From: an uncultured virus (IMG/VR IMGVR_UViG_3300005662_000026)
Taxonomy: Duplodnaviria > Heunggongvirae > Uroviricota > Caudoviricetes
IMG/VR virus record: IMGVR_UViG_3300005662_000026
Strand: one strand, 5' to 3'
DNA: 55,099 bases
The notes under the pieces: generated by a model
The model's database searches: none
What the model was told of the DNA's origin: nothing
The model's input: the letters and a program-made list of their open reading frames with translations, nothing else
Program-made: the position numbers and the translations under genes
Shown: piece by piece, positions 18,455-29,500 of the stretch
Layout: each line of letters begins with the position of its first letter
Position numbering within the stretch: position 1 is the stretch's first letter

Positions 18455-21400
18455 ATGAATATTACTTGTGCTTTAACAACAAAGCAAATAGAAAAGTTAT
18501 TTGCTAAAATTTATAGAGACTTATTTGACTCATTAAATAATAATCAAGAAATTAATGCAGTATCATATATGAATGATTTATTCAATACAATTGAATCTAA
18601 ATCAGATGTTGATACAGCTGCAAAATTTTTACAGAATGTACCATCATTAATGCATACTGCTATTGGTGATTATAGTTTAGCTAATCTAAATATTAATGAG
18701 GCAAGTATAAGACCTTTAATTGGTAAATTTTTAAATCCAGAAAATGGTTTACTTGAAACATTAAAATATTTTAGACCTGAGACAAGTGTTAAAGATTTAA
18801 AAAATGCCGTTATTGCACAAGGAGTAAATACAAATACACCATCATATTCTGAAGAAGAAACAGAAGGTGATACAGGTAGATATAAACCATCTAGTGCTTT
18901 TACATCTACTATGCAACAGTTTGTTTCTATTAACCCTAATAAAAAAGGTAAACTGTTTGTAGAAGAAATTGACCAAAACAGAGTAAGGATATATAATACC
19001 CTTGAGAAAATTAAATTAGAAATCAATGGTAAAACAAATAAAATTACTGGTCCAACTTATCAAGGTAGAACACTAAACCTTAAAGCAATACCTTTAAGTA
19101 AATTTGCAAATAAAGATAAAACTACAGCAGATTTATATGCAAAAGGTAATGCAATTTCTGCTAAAGGAATTGGACCAAATTTAACATCAGATATTATTGT
19201 TCTAGTAGTATCAGATCAACAAGGTAACATTATAAACTTTAGTAAGGATGGTGACATATTATCTAAAGAAGAAGGTGGTTTACCAGTATATCAATTCTTA
19301 AGAAATGCTACATATAATTCTCAGACTGATGAATATGAAGTTAAAGATATATATGGTATTGAAAGTAAGATACAGTCTGTAGAAGATATGCTTACAAATT
19401 ATGCTAGTAAGCTTGACATGACTCTTGATGAATTTAAAGCAGATTTAAAGGCTAAGGGTGAAAGTTATGATGAACTGTATAAAATGTTTTATGATGAGCA
19501 ACAAGCTCAATTCAAAGCTCTTTTTGATTTAAAAAATGAAATTCTAACTGATAAAAAGAATGAGAAGTTACTTGATATAATGAGTATCAGTAATGGTATT
19601 CCAGATTTTTATGATGCACGTAATTTAGAGTTATCAGAGTTTTTAGAATTATCAGATAAAATTGATATTAATTATAGCTTTACTACTGTTAAAGAAAAAA
19701 GAGATGGGTTTGAAGAAGGTACAACTGTAATCAATATTAATGGTCAGGAGTTTATGGTAGACAGAAAAAATATGCCTAAATATTTGATTGAAAAAATTGC
19801 TTCTGTATTATCTAATCCTACTATTAATGCATTTGAAAAGTATAACTTTTATGAACAGTTTTCAAATGATAAAATAAATAAGTCAAGAAAAAAACTATTT
19901 GTATCATATAATAAAGAAAGACAAGAACTTATTCTTGAGTATAAAACTGATGCAAAAAATCCTAAAAAATTCACAGTAGGTTTATCTAATCCAGCAAAAG
20001 CTAAAGAAATAATTATTCAGGCATTATCAAATGAGTCAGGTACTTATAATGCTAATATGAAGAATAATGCTGATCTATGGAATAATGTTGAGTTTACTGA
20101 TTATGTTGATGGTAAACTTGTAACTGGAGACTATAGAGAGTTTTTAAAACAAATTAATCCTAATATTATTTTTACACCAAATGCAGATACTAGTGCGTTT
20201 AACTCATACTTTGCATTTAGAGTAAATGAAAAATTATCTGCTGAGTTAAAAAAAGCTAAACAACAAGTACAAGAACAAACATTTACTGATCCTAGATCAG
20301 CTATAAGACAAGCTAAAGATGAATTAGTTGATAAGTTAAAACAAAACCCATCATTACCAGGTGTTATTGTAGGAAGTTTTAATGCAACAACTTTTAGTTT
20401 AACAGCAGGTGATAAATATATTAATGCAAGATTTGAAGAAGGTGTAAGTGTTAAAAATTTACCAAAAGATGATATTACAGTAAGTTTTATTGTAAGTGAT
20501 GTCATAGAAGATAATAAACTATTTAAAGATGTTATTTCTATATATGATTCTAAAGGTAAAAAAATAGGTCAAGTAGCTGAAACTGATTATGCTGCAGAAG
20601 AAAAACCAAGAACACCTGAGATAATAAAAGAAGAAGCAACTAAAGCTGATAATGAATACACTGAACCAAAAGGTACAGAAAGTCCAGCAGGTAAGACTAG
20701 ATTTTATGCAATGTTTAACAGGTCAGCTGAATTACCTAGTAATGTTACTAGAGAAGAAGTTGACGCAGCACAAGAATGGTGGAATAATTCTCCATTGTCC
20801 AAGTTCATTGAACTTGAGCACATGGCTAATATTGTTAACTCTGATGTTTATGCAAGATTCATTATAGCAGGTAAAAGATTACAAGATACTAAAATACAAT
20901 TAGATACTGCTACTGGTGGTTCTGCTGTAGATTTATATCATGAAGCTTGGCATGCATTTTCTCAGTTATACTTAACTAAAAAACAAAAGACTAAGTTATA
21001 TGCTGAGACAAGAAAAAGATTAAACAACTATGATCTTTCTCCACTTGAGGTAGAGGAAATAATAGCTGAAGAATATAGAACTTATGCTAAAGATCCTAAA
21101 GCTGTAGGTGATGCTCCTGTAAGAAATACTATATTCAGAAGAATATGGAACTTTATTAAAACATTATTTGGTAAGAGATCTACTCAAGAAGATTTATTTG
21201 AAAGACTATTCTTTGCAAGTAAGAACCCTAAACTTTTAAATAAGTACACACCACTTGTTGATAATGCAATGTTCAATGTCCTTAATAGAGATAGGGGTGT
21301 AATGGATGTTGAGTCAAATGAATTAGCTTTAAGTTTCCAGGACTCTATGACTGTATCAAGTCAAATTGATTCTGCTTTATCACAATTAATTGATGAAGTA

Positions 21401-24400
21401 TATAATGATAGAGTTGCTGCAGAAAAAGAAGGACTAATTACTAAAGCAACAAGAAGTGGTACAATAAAATTATTAACTGATGATACTAATAAAGCTGTAG
21501 CATACAATGTTATAAAAGGAAGATTTGAAGAAAAGTTAAACTATTTCAAAGCACAACTTGAAGCAGCAGATGAAGATGACTTTAATAAAGTAACATCATT
21601 AAAAGATAAAGTAAGAATACTTGAGGCAACTATTAAAAACTGGGGTGATGCTAAAACTGGTGTTATTAAATTCCATATTGATAATAGTACATTTGATTTA
21701 ATCAAGCAAAAGTATATTGAGATAGAATCTGATGATGAAGTATCTGAAGATGATGATAATAGTGCACCAGAGAATGCAGAAGAATCAGAAAAATTTTCTG
21801 ATAAAAAAGTAGGTGAAAAATCATTATTACAACTAGCTGAGAAAGAAACACTATATATATTAAAAAGTTTATTTAAACTTTCTGATAATAATAAACAAGT
21901 AATAGGTAAATTAGGTTTCCCTGAACTAGCAGATTTTAGTAAAACATGGAATATAGTTACTAAAGTTATTGGTGGTGAAAAGGATCCAGTTAAGATGTAT
22001 CAAAAACTTAATGCAGCTACAGTAGCTTTTCCTGAGTTAAAACAATTAGTAGCTAATAAGATACCGGATCCAACAAATATAAATGACCTTGAAGAGTTTA
22101 ATATTAAAGCTGCATTCTGGCAAGACTTTAAGAAAACTAAGTTAAAATATATTCAGTTAACAATTGATGACAGTGATGGTAATGGTTATTCATCTGAGGT
22201 TACCGATGCATCTATTGAGTTTAAAAATATTGTAGATAAGTTTAGTAGTAATTTTAAAGCTTCTCAAAAAACTAATTATATCAATAAGACTGCAGATAAT
22301 AAGTCTATACTAAACTTGGATAAACTTGTTGAGGACTTTGACCGTAAATCATTTAGTAGTGAGGTTGCTATACCTTTTGCTAATGCATTAGGTATAGGTT
22401 TACAAGATTTAGCTTTATTAAAAAGAGAGTTAAATAATAGACAAGAATATTATGGCTTACCATCTTTATTTAATATTGTTAAAGAATTACATAAAATAAG
22501 TAAAGATGAAAATGCAAGTACTGAACATAAAAACTTTGTAAAAAAGTTTAAATCAAATCCAGTTGGTGCATTATATGGTGATATACCTGCAGGAATTTAT
22601 AAAGAAACTACATCAGAAAAAAATATAATTAAAAGATTAGCTGAACTACAAAGTACATACGGTACTAATTACTCAAGCTTTAGTGTATTAAACCCAGAAA
22701 AGAATCTAGTTAATGAATTCATTGAAGATAATACAGTAAGTTTAGTTGTTGATGCTATTAATAATGTAACTAATGGTAAAGATCTATGGAATGGAGATAG
22801 TTACCAATACATGAGTTACCTTAATCCTAATATAAACTCATTTACATTAGAGTCACAAATCTTAAAAAATATTTTCTTTAATGATGGTGTAACACTTAAT
22901 GCTAGAAAAGGTGATTCTAAAATTGAATTATCAATGGTAGCAGGTACTCAAATTGTGAGTGATAATACAGGAGCTAATACAACTTCATTAGATGTTCAAA
23001 GTAAGTATATCCAAGAATTGAACATGATGTTAAAATCAGGTATCACTGAGTTTATGAGACATGCTTCTAAGTCATCTTCATTTGGTATGAAAGTATCAAA
23101 TGGTATTTCAGGTGGACTTAAAAAGAAAAAGAGTAACTTATATGTAGATATTGAAATGTTTGGACCTAATGGTAATGGATATGACTATGCCATTGATAAT
23201 ATATTTATTGGGTACATACAAGCTGAGTTAAAAAGAATCCAAACTTTTAAAGCTAATATAGACTTATTTAAAAACTATAAAGGTTACAATAGAAATGTTG
23301 GTACTAAAGAAAATCCTATATATGCAGGTGAAGTATTTACAGCATTTGATAAAATATTAAGTAAAGATACTAAAGATCAATTAATTGATGAAGTTAAAGA
23401 CGGTGATTTAAGAGATTACTTAAATAAAAATCCTCAAGTTAAAGCTATTATTGCTAATCAAATAACTGAATACTTTAATGGTCAGTCAATTAAAAACTAT
23501 GAAAAGTTTTCTGAGTCTCCATTTTATGACCCAGCTTTAATGAATAAGCTTAATGTATTTTCTACTTTAGAAGATTCAGATAAACATGAGTTACTTGTAA
23601 AAGCATATACAATGAATTCATGGATTCATAACTTTGAGACTGCTAACTTAATCTATGGTGATACAACACAGTATAATCATGCTAAACAAGAAATGCATAA
23701 GAGAAATACTGGTTCTACATCTGGTGGTAGAGGTTTTATGGATGATGTCTATACTCAAAACTTTTTACAGAGTGACCTTATTAAAAAGTCTTCTTATGGT
23801 TATAAGTTAGCTAAAGATTCAAACTTTGGTGAAAAATATAACAAGTTTAATTATACTAATACTTTTAATACTGCAATTATGCAGGATGTTGAAAGAGATT
23901 CAATATATATTAAAAATATTGAGAAAGCATTAAGAGATGACTATAAAAAATCAAAACTATCACAAGCTGAGATTGATTACAGATTAAAAAAAGAGTTAAA
24001 GAAATATACTAAAATGGAAGAAGGTGATGGTCAAGGTTTTATAACTATTGATGCATACCGTAATTTAAGATTAGCAGAAAATAATTGGGGAGCTGAACAA
24101 GAAAAGTTATTCCAAGATGTTATTAATGATAGACCAATTAAAGCTGAAAATGTAGTAAGATTCTTTCCAGTATATAAATTACAACACTTTGGTCATTTAG
24201 CTAATACAGCTTTACCTGTTAATGCAATGCATAAGTTTGCATTGATGCCATTAATTCCATCTGTGATAAAAGGTTCTGACTTAGAGTCATTACATCATCA
24301 GATGATGAAATCTAATATACAATATGCTACATTCCAAACTGGTTCTAAAGTAGGTAGTATTACTTCTGATGGTAAAGCTGATCAGATATATGATGATAAA

Positions 24401-27400
24401 GGTTTACAAAAGAAAATAAAATCAGATATTAAGTTTACACCTAATACTATATACTTATCATATCTTAAAAATGTTACATCTGTACCTACTAAGTACAAAG
24501 GTAAAACTGTATTCTCAACTCAGTTAAGAAAACTTATTCTTGAAGGTTTATATGAAAATGGAGAAATAGTAAATAAAGATTATGCTCCATATATTAAAGC
24601 ATATGAAGATGCTATTGCTAATTATACTGATTTACTTAAGAAAGAATTACTTGAAGAAATTGGATATGAGAAAGTTAATGGTAAATATGTAAGTGGTGAT
24701 ATTACTAAGTTCATGGATGTAGTTCAAAGAGAACTAGAAAGAAAAGAATTACCAGAACACTTAGTAAAATATATTCAGGTAGGTAAAGACAATAAAATAA
24801 CTAAAGACTTATCATTACACTTATTATCAGATGATATTGAGAAAATGCTTGTGGTTTTAGTTGAAAAAAGAATTGTTAAACAGAAAGTTAAAGGTGAGGC
24901 TTTAGTACAGGTAGCAAGTTCTATGTCTAATGGATTGTGGGATTCAGGTTTTAAATTTGATAAAGCAGAAACTAAAGACATAGAAAAATACTTAGGTAGT
25001 AATAACTTACCATTCTATCATCCTGAAGATATTAATCTTGATGATAAATATAACGGGTATACACAAGATAAACTTAAAGAAGCTCTTAAAAAATATACAG
25101 ATATACTAGCTGACCAAGCTAAATACTATACTGATACAAATAAGGAAAACTTAAGAGTTGAAATCAATTATTTAAATGATATAATTGCTGGTAAAACTCC
25201 AAAAGTAAAATCAGTTAGTGGTAAAACAGCTGCAATGAAAGTTGCTATTGCTTTACAAGGTGACTTTAATAATCTTTTAAAACTTAAAGACAATGACGGA
25301 GAAGTTATTGGTACAAGAGAAAGATTAAATGAGATGATTAAAGATGATAAGTGGTTGAATACAGGTAATAACCGTAAAGCTATCACTATGACAGCTGTAA
25401 GGATTCCGGTACAAGGATTAAACTCTATGGAGTTTATGGAAGTATATGAGTTCTTAGATCCATCTGCAGGTAATATTATTATACCCCCATCAGAGATTGT
25501 TGCTAAGTCAGGTGCGGATTATGACGTTGATAAGCTTACTACATTTATGCCTAATATAGATGCAAGAGGTCAATATGTTGAATCAGGTATGGATACTGAA
25601 ACATTAGATAGACTTATTGCTGCATCTAAAAAGAAAGGTGATAAAGCTGAAATGACAAGACTAATCAAGTTACAAAAAGCAGCTTTAGAAAATAAATTAA
25701 TTGATTCTATTAGAGGTATACTTGAGTTACCTAATAACTATGCTACATTAGTTAGACCTAATGATACATACCTGTTACAAGATATTGCGGATGAATTAGT
25801 TGATGACTCACCAGAGTATAAAGAGTTTAAAACAATTAGTCCAACAGATATATTTGAAGTAGGATATAACTTACACAAACATGAGGCAAACATGGTTGGT
25901 AAAGATGTATTAGGTATTATTGCTCTAGAGAATGCATTGCATCCATTATTTACATCATTAGGAGCTGCTTTACCTAAAACATATAAGCATCAAACATGGG
26001 ATGATAATAATAAAGTTTATAAAGAACTTGAGGATGTAGACTACAAAATGAGATTATTACTTGACCATAATAAAACTAAAGATGGTAGAATCTCATTATC
26101 AGGTATTAATAGTGTTGACGGTAAAGATAAGATTGCAGATTTATTTTCACACTTAATGAATGGTGCAGTTGACGTTGAGAAAGATGCATGGATATTCTTT
26201 ATTCAAGCTAATAAAGAAATTGTACCAGTATTACTTTCATTATTAAAAGCTGGTGTTCCTAAAAGAGAAGCTGTATACTTTGTGTCTCAACCATTAGTAA
26301 AAGAATATGCAAGACAACAAAGATTAGTTAAAAGTGCATATGCAGGTATTACAGAAAATGGAGTTGATAGTCCAAGTTTTATAAAATATAAAGCGTTACA
26401 AAATACATTAGCTCAAACTAGATTATCATCTGATACTAAACTTATTAAGGAAGCATCAAGATTAAAAATGTTTGAAGCTCTTAAAACAGCAACAGATAAA
26501 ATCACAGTTCAGTTTAGAAATGGTGATACTAAAGAAGGTTTACCTAAAAGTCTATTAGATGCAATTAATGCAGGACGTATTAAACAATCAGATATATTAT
26601 CTGTAAAATATACTGATCCTAAATATGTATTAGATGAAAATGGTAAACCTAAAGAAGATGCTTATGGTAATAAAAAAACAATACCATTATATACAGCAGT
26701 AAATAAAAATCACTTATTATCAAATGATAACTGGTATTATGTTACACAAGTAGCTACTGAAGGTATTAATCAGTTTACTGAAAATGAGTTATCTAAAAAT
26801 ATTAAGGATTATGATAAGTCTAGTCCTAATGCAATAGCTGCATTTTTACATTTCTTAGAATTTGAAAGAGAAATCAAAGGTATATCTAATTTAAAAAGAC
26901 AGGCTAACCCAGATACTAAAACATCAAAAACAATTCAAGAGATATTACAAAAAGTTGTATCACTAGAAGAAGCAGCTGACTCATCTAAAATAGAACCTGA
27001 ATTAGCTGAAAGATTATTAAAAGAATCTATATTAGGTACATTCTTTGACAAAGCTATTGTTAATGATGTTGTTGCTCCTTTATTTAATGTTACTAATAAT
27101 AAAACAGTATCTGATTTTATGTTAGATACAATAAAATCAAGAGGTGGTGATATTACATCTAAATTTGGACCAGGTAGAGATGGGGTACAAGCATTTATAT
27201 CTTCATATAAAAATGCTATTATAAACTATATTTATCAAAATAAATTATATGATGCAGTAAATAGTGAAGAAGGCTATCCAGGTATACCAGAATCATTTAA
27301 TAATCTTGATACAGAAGAATTTGTAGATAATTTTATGTTTACATTAAGTAAGCATAATAACCTAAAAGAAAGATTCCCAATATTAGAACAGTTAAGTGAT

Positions 27401-29500
27401 GTAACTATTAAAAATAAAAAGAAAGAAGGAAAGGAGGTTGTAACAGTAACTACTAAAACTATTACATTAAATAATAAGAGTGCTGTTAAAGGTGAATTAG
27501 CTGAAGCATACTATCAAAACTTAATAGATCTTGCTGATGATAATGTTATTAAAGTTAAAGACCCTGTAGAGAATCAAGTTATATCTGATACATTCAAAGT
27601 ATTACCACTTATGTCTATTTATCAAAATGGAGTTGGTAATACTAAGTATGGTTTAAGTTATGTACTTCCAGATGATGTATACTTCTCATTACTAGAACCA
27701 AGTTCAAGAGAGTTTTTAGAAAATAACTTAAATAATAAAACACTTACTGAGATTGCTAACTTATTATTTGCTAATGAGTTTGGCCAGAATAATTATTTAA
27801 AATCTAGTTATACCGGACCAAGAAAACAAAGCAGTAAAACAGATACTCAATATGACAGTGAAGAGAACTTACCATTAGGTAATGTAAGTGAGAATGAACA
27901 AACTATTACATTTGGTACTCAACCTTCTCAACAACAAACTGTTAGTACTAATGCATCTGAATATACTAATCATTCTGGTGGTGCTTATGGAGGTGATACT
28001 TTCTGGGACATGATAGGTAGAGAATTCGGTATCACTGATCAAAGACATTATAAAGATGCAGGTAATCCAAATTTATCTCAAAAACTTAGAAACGCAGGTG
28101 TTAAAGCTACAATTCTTACTAAAGAACAGATGGATAAAGCCCGTAATGAGGTAGAGAGATTGCTTGGAGAAAAATATCCAGATACATTACAAGGAAACTT
28201 ACAAGTAAGAAATTATTATCAAGTAGCTAATGCAGATGCTGTATTTGCTGTTGCTGAAATAAAACCTACTACAAAACCTGAAGTTATGGGTGGAACAAAT
28301 ACTGCTGTTCAATTAGGAATAAAAATGGGTAAACCAGTATATGTATTTGATTTAGATACAAAAAAATGGTATACACAAGATACAGAGTTTCTTAAAACTG
28401 GTTATGATAGTACTAAATATGAATGGAATTATAATGGTTGGAAAGAAATAAATACACCAACTCTTACTAAGAACTTTGCTGGTGTAGGTAGTAGAGATAT
28501 AGAAAATTATAATGTACAAAAAGATGGTAAATGGGTACCTAGAGCTCAATACAAAGGACCTGAAGTAGAAGCAGCTGCTAAACAAGCTATTAGAGATGTA
28601 TATACTAATACATTTAAAGCTACTCAACTATCTACTCAACCAGTAAGTGAAGTTAAAAAGAAAGAGATTTTTACAATTAATAAAGGTTTAGAGAAAAAAT
28701 CATTTAGAAATAAACCATTAAACTTTGTAGATAAAATTACAACTAATAAAGATGCTGTTGTTGCTATGAGTAATAATAGAACTACAGGAGTAATAAGCAT
28801 TGATGCAAAAGCAATGCAACAAAAATTTAATGATAAATCATGGACTAAACCAACTAAACAATTAGATGGAAGTTATGCAACACCTTTAGCTGAAAATGAG
28901 TTCAATACTGTTGATGAGTGGTTTACATTTGCTTTAATACATGAAGTTAAACATGATACTATCTTTAAACAAGAAGGTGAGACAACTGGTCAGTATGAAG
29001 ATAGAATAAATCAAGCAGCACTTGAAGATTTAAGAAAAAACTATAATGTTAAAGAAGTAAGTAAAAGTGAATCAGATATTACTGAAGAACCAGAGATAGA
29101 CAAAAATATGAAAGCATTCAATGCTGAAGTAGCAAAACTAGGTAGAATGCCTAAAGAGTTTATTGTTGGTCCAAGTAAATGGGTATTGAATAATATGAAC
29201 TTATATGATTTAGTTGATAAAACTACAGGTTCAATATTCATGAAAAACATGAATATGTTTACTGGTAAGATTGTAGAAGAAACTGCATTAGACACACCTG
29301 TTAATCAAAAACAATTATATAACTTTACAAAACAAGTTATAAATGGTGTTAAAGAATACAAATTAGATAACATATTAGCCCTTAAAGGTATTGATATTAA
29401 AGATGTATTTGGTGCAATAAATAAACTTACAACTGATCCTCAGTCAACTCAGCGTCAGTTAAACAATTTAATAAATAAAATACTTAAAGCAATATGTTAA
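18455..29500 (+). CDS. Virion-packaged crAss-like DNA-dependent RNA polymerase (single-chain, double-psi beta-barrel type) with zincin and SLOG accessory domains
   Basis: 3681 aa; RIPVQGLNSM followed by KSGADYDVDKL (DxDxD metal motif, ~25505-25537) as in crAss-like virion RNAPs; HEAWH at 20939; SLOG-like motifs at 27960-28620; HEVKH at 28940. Confidence 0.88.
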   Translation: MNITCALTTKQIEKLFAKIYRDLFDSLNNNQEINAVSYMNDLFNTIESKSDVDTAAKFLQNVPSLMHTAIGDYSLANLNINEASIRPLIGKFLNPENGLLETLKYFRPETSVKDLKNAVIAQGVNTNTPSYSEEETEGDTGRYKPSSAFTSTMQQFVSINPNKKGKLFVEEIDQNRVRIYNTLEKIKLEINGKTNKITGPTYQGRTLNLKAIPLSKFANKDKTTADLYAKGNAISAKGIGPNLTSDIIVLVVSDQQGNIINFSKDGDILSKEEGGLPVYQFLRNATYNSQTDEYEVKDIYGIESKIQSVEDMLTNYASKLDMTLDEFKADLKAKGESYDELYKMFYDEQQAQFKALFDLKNEILTDKKNEKLLDIMSISNGIPDFYDARNLELSEFLELSDKIDINYSFTTVKEKRDGFEEGTTVININGQEFMVDRKNMPKYLIEKIASVLSNPTINAFEKYNFYEQFSNDKINKSRKKLFVSYNKERQELILEYKTDAKNPKKFTVGLSNPAKAKEIIIQALSNESGTYNANMKNNADLWNNVEFTDYVDGKLVTGDYREFLKQINPNIIFTPNADTSAFNSYFAFRVNEKLSAELKKAKQQVQEQTFTDPRSAIRQAKDELVDKLKQNPSLPGVIVGSFNATTFSLTAGDKYINARFEEGVSVKNLPKDDITVSFIVSDVIEDNKLFKDVISIYDSKGKKIGQVAETDYAAEEKPRTPEIIKEEATKADNEYTEPKGTESPAGKTRFYAMFNRSAELPSNVTREEVDAAQEWWNNSPLSKFIELEHMANIVNSDVYARFIIAGKRLQDTKIQLDTATGGSAVDLYHEAWHAFSQLYLTKKQKTKLYAETRKRLNNYDLSPLEVEEIIAEEYRTYAKDPKAVGDAPVRNTIFRRIWNFIKTLFGKRSTQEDLFERLFFASKNPKLLNKYTPLVDNAMFNVLNRDRGVMDVESNELALSFQDSMTVSSQIDSALSQLIDEVYNDRVAAEKEGLITKATRSGTIKLLTDDTNKAVAYNVIKGRFEEKLNYFKAQLEAADEDDFNKVTSLKDKVRILEATIKNWGDAKTGVIKFHIDNSTFDLIKQKYIEIESDDEVSEDDDNSAPENAEESEKFSDKKVGEKSLLQLAEKETLYILKSLFKLSDNNKQVIGKLGFPELADFSKTWNIVTKVIGGEKDPVKMYQKLNAATVAFPELKQLVANKIPDPTNINDLEEFNIKAAFWQDFKKTKLKYIQLTIDDSDGNGYSSEVTDASIEFKNIVDKFSSNFKASQKTNYINKTADNKSILNLDKLVEDFDRKSFSSEVAIPFANALGIGLQDLALLKRELNNRQEYYGLPSLFNIVKELHKISKDENASTEHKNFVKKFKSNPVGALYGDIPAGIYKETTSEKNIIKRLAELQSTYGTNYSSFSVLNPEKNLVNEFIEDNTVSLVVDAINNVTNGKDLWNGDSYQYMSYLNPNINSFTLESQILKNIFFNDGVTLNARKGDSKIELSMVAGTQIVSDNTGANTTSLDVQSKYIQELNMMLKSGITEFMRHASKSSSFGMKVSNGISGGLKKKKSNLYVDIEMFGPNGNGYDYAIDNIFIGYIQAELKRIQTFKANIDLFKNYKGYNRNVGTKENPIYAGEVFTAFDKILSKDTKDQLIDEVKDGDLRDYLNKNPQVKAIIANQITEYFNGQSIKNYEKFSESPFYDPALMNKLNVFSTLEDSDKHELLVKAYTMNSWIHNFETANLIYGDTTQYNHAKQEMHKRNTGSTSGGRGFMDDVYTQNFLQSDLIKKSSYGYKLAKDSNFGEKYNKFNYTNTFNTAIMQDVERDSIYIKNIEKALRDDYKKSKLSQAEIDYRLKKELKKYTKMEEGDGQGFITIDAYRNLRLAENNWGAEQEKLFQDVINDRPIKAENVVRFFPVYKLQHFGHLANTALPVNAMHKFALMPLIPSVIKGSDLESLHHQMMKSNIQYATFQTGSKVGSITSDGKADQIYDDKGLQKKIKSDIKFTPNTIYLSYLKNVTSVPTKYKGKTVFSTQLRKLILEGLYENGEIVNKDYAPYIKAYEDAIANYTDLLKKELLEEIGYEKVNGKYVSGDITKFMDVVQRELERKELPEHLVKYIQVGKDNKITKDLSLHLLSDDIEKMLVVLVEKRIVKQKVKGEALVQVASSMSNGLWDSGFKFDKAETKDIEKYLGSNNLPFYHPEDINLDDKYNGYTQDKLKEALKKYTDILADQAKYYTDTNKENLRVEINYLNDIIAGKTPKVKSVSGKTAAMKVAIALQGDFNNLLKLKDNDGEVIGTRERLNEMIKDDKWLNTGNNRKAITMTAVRIPVQGLNSMEFMEVYEFLDPSAGNIIIPPSEIVAKSGADYDVDKLTTFMPNIDARGQYVESGMDTETLDRLIAASKKKGDKAEMTRLIKLQKAALENKLIDSIRGILELPNNYATLVRPNDTYLLQDIADELVDDSPEYKEFKTISPTDIFEVGYNLHKHEANMVGKDVLGIIALENALHPLFTSLGAALPKTYKHQTWDDNNKVYKELEDVDYKMRLLLDHNKTKDGRISLSGINSVDGKDKIADLFSHLMNGAVDVEKDAWIFFIQANKEIVPVLLSLLKAGVPKREAVYFVSQPLVKEYARQQRLVKSAYAGITENGVDSPSFIKYKALQNTLAQTRLSSDTKLIKEASRLKMFEALKTATDKITVQFRNGDTKEGLPKSLLDAINAGRIKQSDILSVKYTDPKYVLDENGKPKEDAYGNKKTIPLYTAVNKNHLLSNDNWYYVTQVATEGINQFTENELSKNIKDYDKSSPNAIAAFLHFLEFEREIKGISNLKRQANPDTKTSKTIQEILQKVVSLEEAADSSKIEPELAERLLKESILGTFFDKAIVNDVVAPLFNVTNNKTVSDFMLDTIKSRGGDITSKFGPGRDGVQAFISSYKNAIINYIYQNKLYDAVNSEEGYPGIPESFNNLDTEEFVDNFMFTLSKHNNLKERFPILEQLSDVTIKNKKKEGKEVVTVTTKTITLNNKSAVKGELAEAYYQNLIDLADDNVIKVKDPVENQVISDTFKVLPLMSIYQNGVGNTKYGLSYVLPDDVYFSLLEPSSREFLENNLNNKTLTEIANLLFANEFGQNNYLKSSYTGPRKQSSKTDTQYDSEENLPLGNVSENEQTITFGTQPSQQQTVSTNASEYTNHSGGAYGGDTFWDMIGREFGITDQRHYKDAGNPNLSQKLRNAGVKATILTKEQMDKARNEVERLLGEKYPDTLQGNLQVRNYYQVANADAVFAVAEIKPTTKPEVMGGTNTAVQLGIKMGKPVYVFDLDTKKWYTQDTEFLKTGYDSTKYEWNYNGWKEINTPTLTKNFAGVGSRDIENYNVQKDGKWVPRAQYKGPEVEAAAKQAIRDVYTNTFKATQLSTQPVSEVKKKEIFTINKGLEKKSFRNKPLNFVDKITTNKDAVVAMSNNRTTGVISIDAKAMQQKFNDKSWTKPTKQLDGSYATPLAENEFNTVDEWFTFALIHEVKHDTIFKQEGETTGQYEDRINQAALEDLRKNYNVKEVSKSESDITEEPEIDKNMKAFNAEVAKLGRMPKEFIVGPSKWVLNNMNLYDLVDKTTGSIFMKNMNMFTGKIVEETALDTPVNQKQLYNFTKQVINGVKEYKLDNILALKGIDIKDVFGAINKLTTDPQSTQRQLNNLINKILKAIC

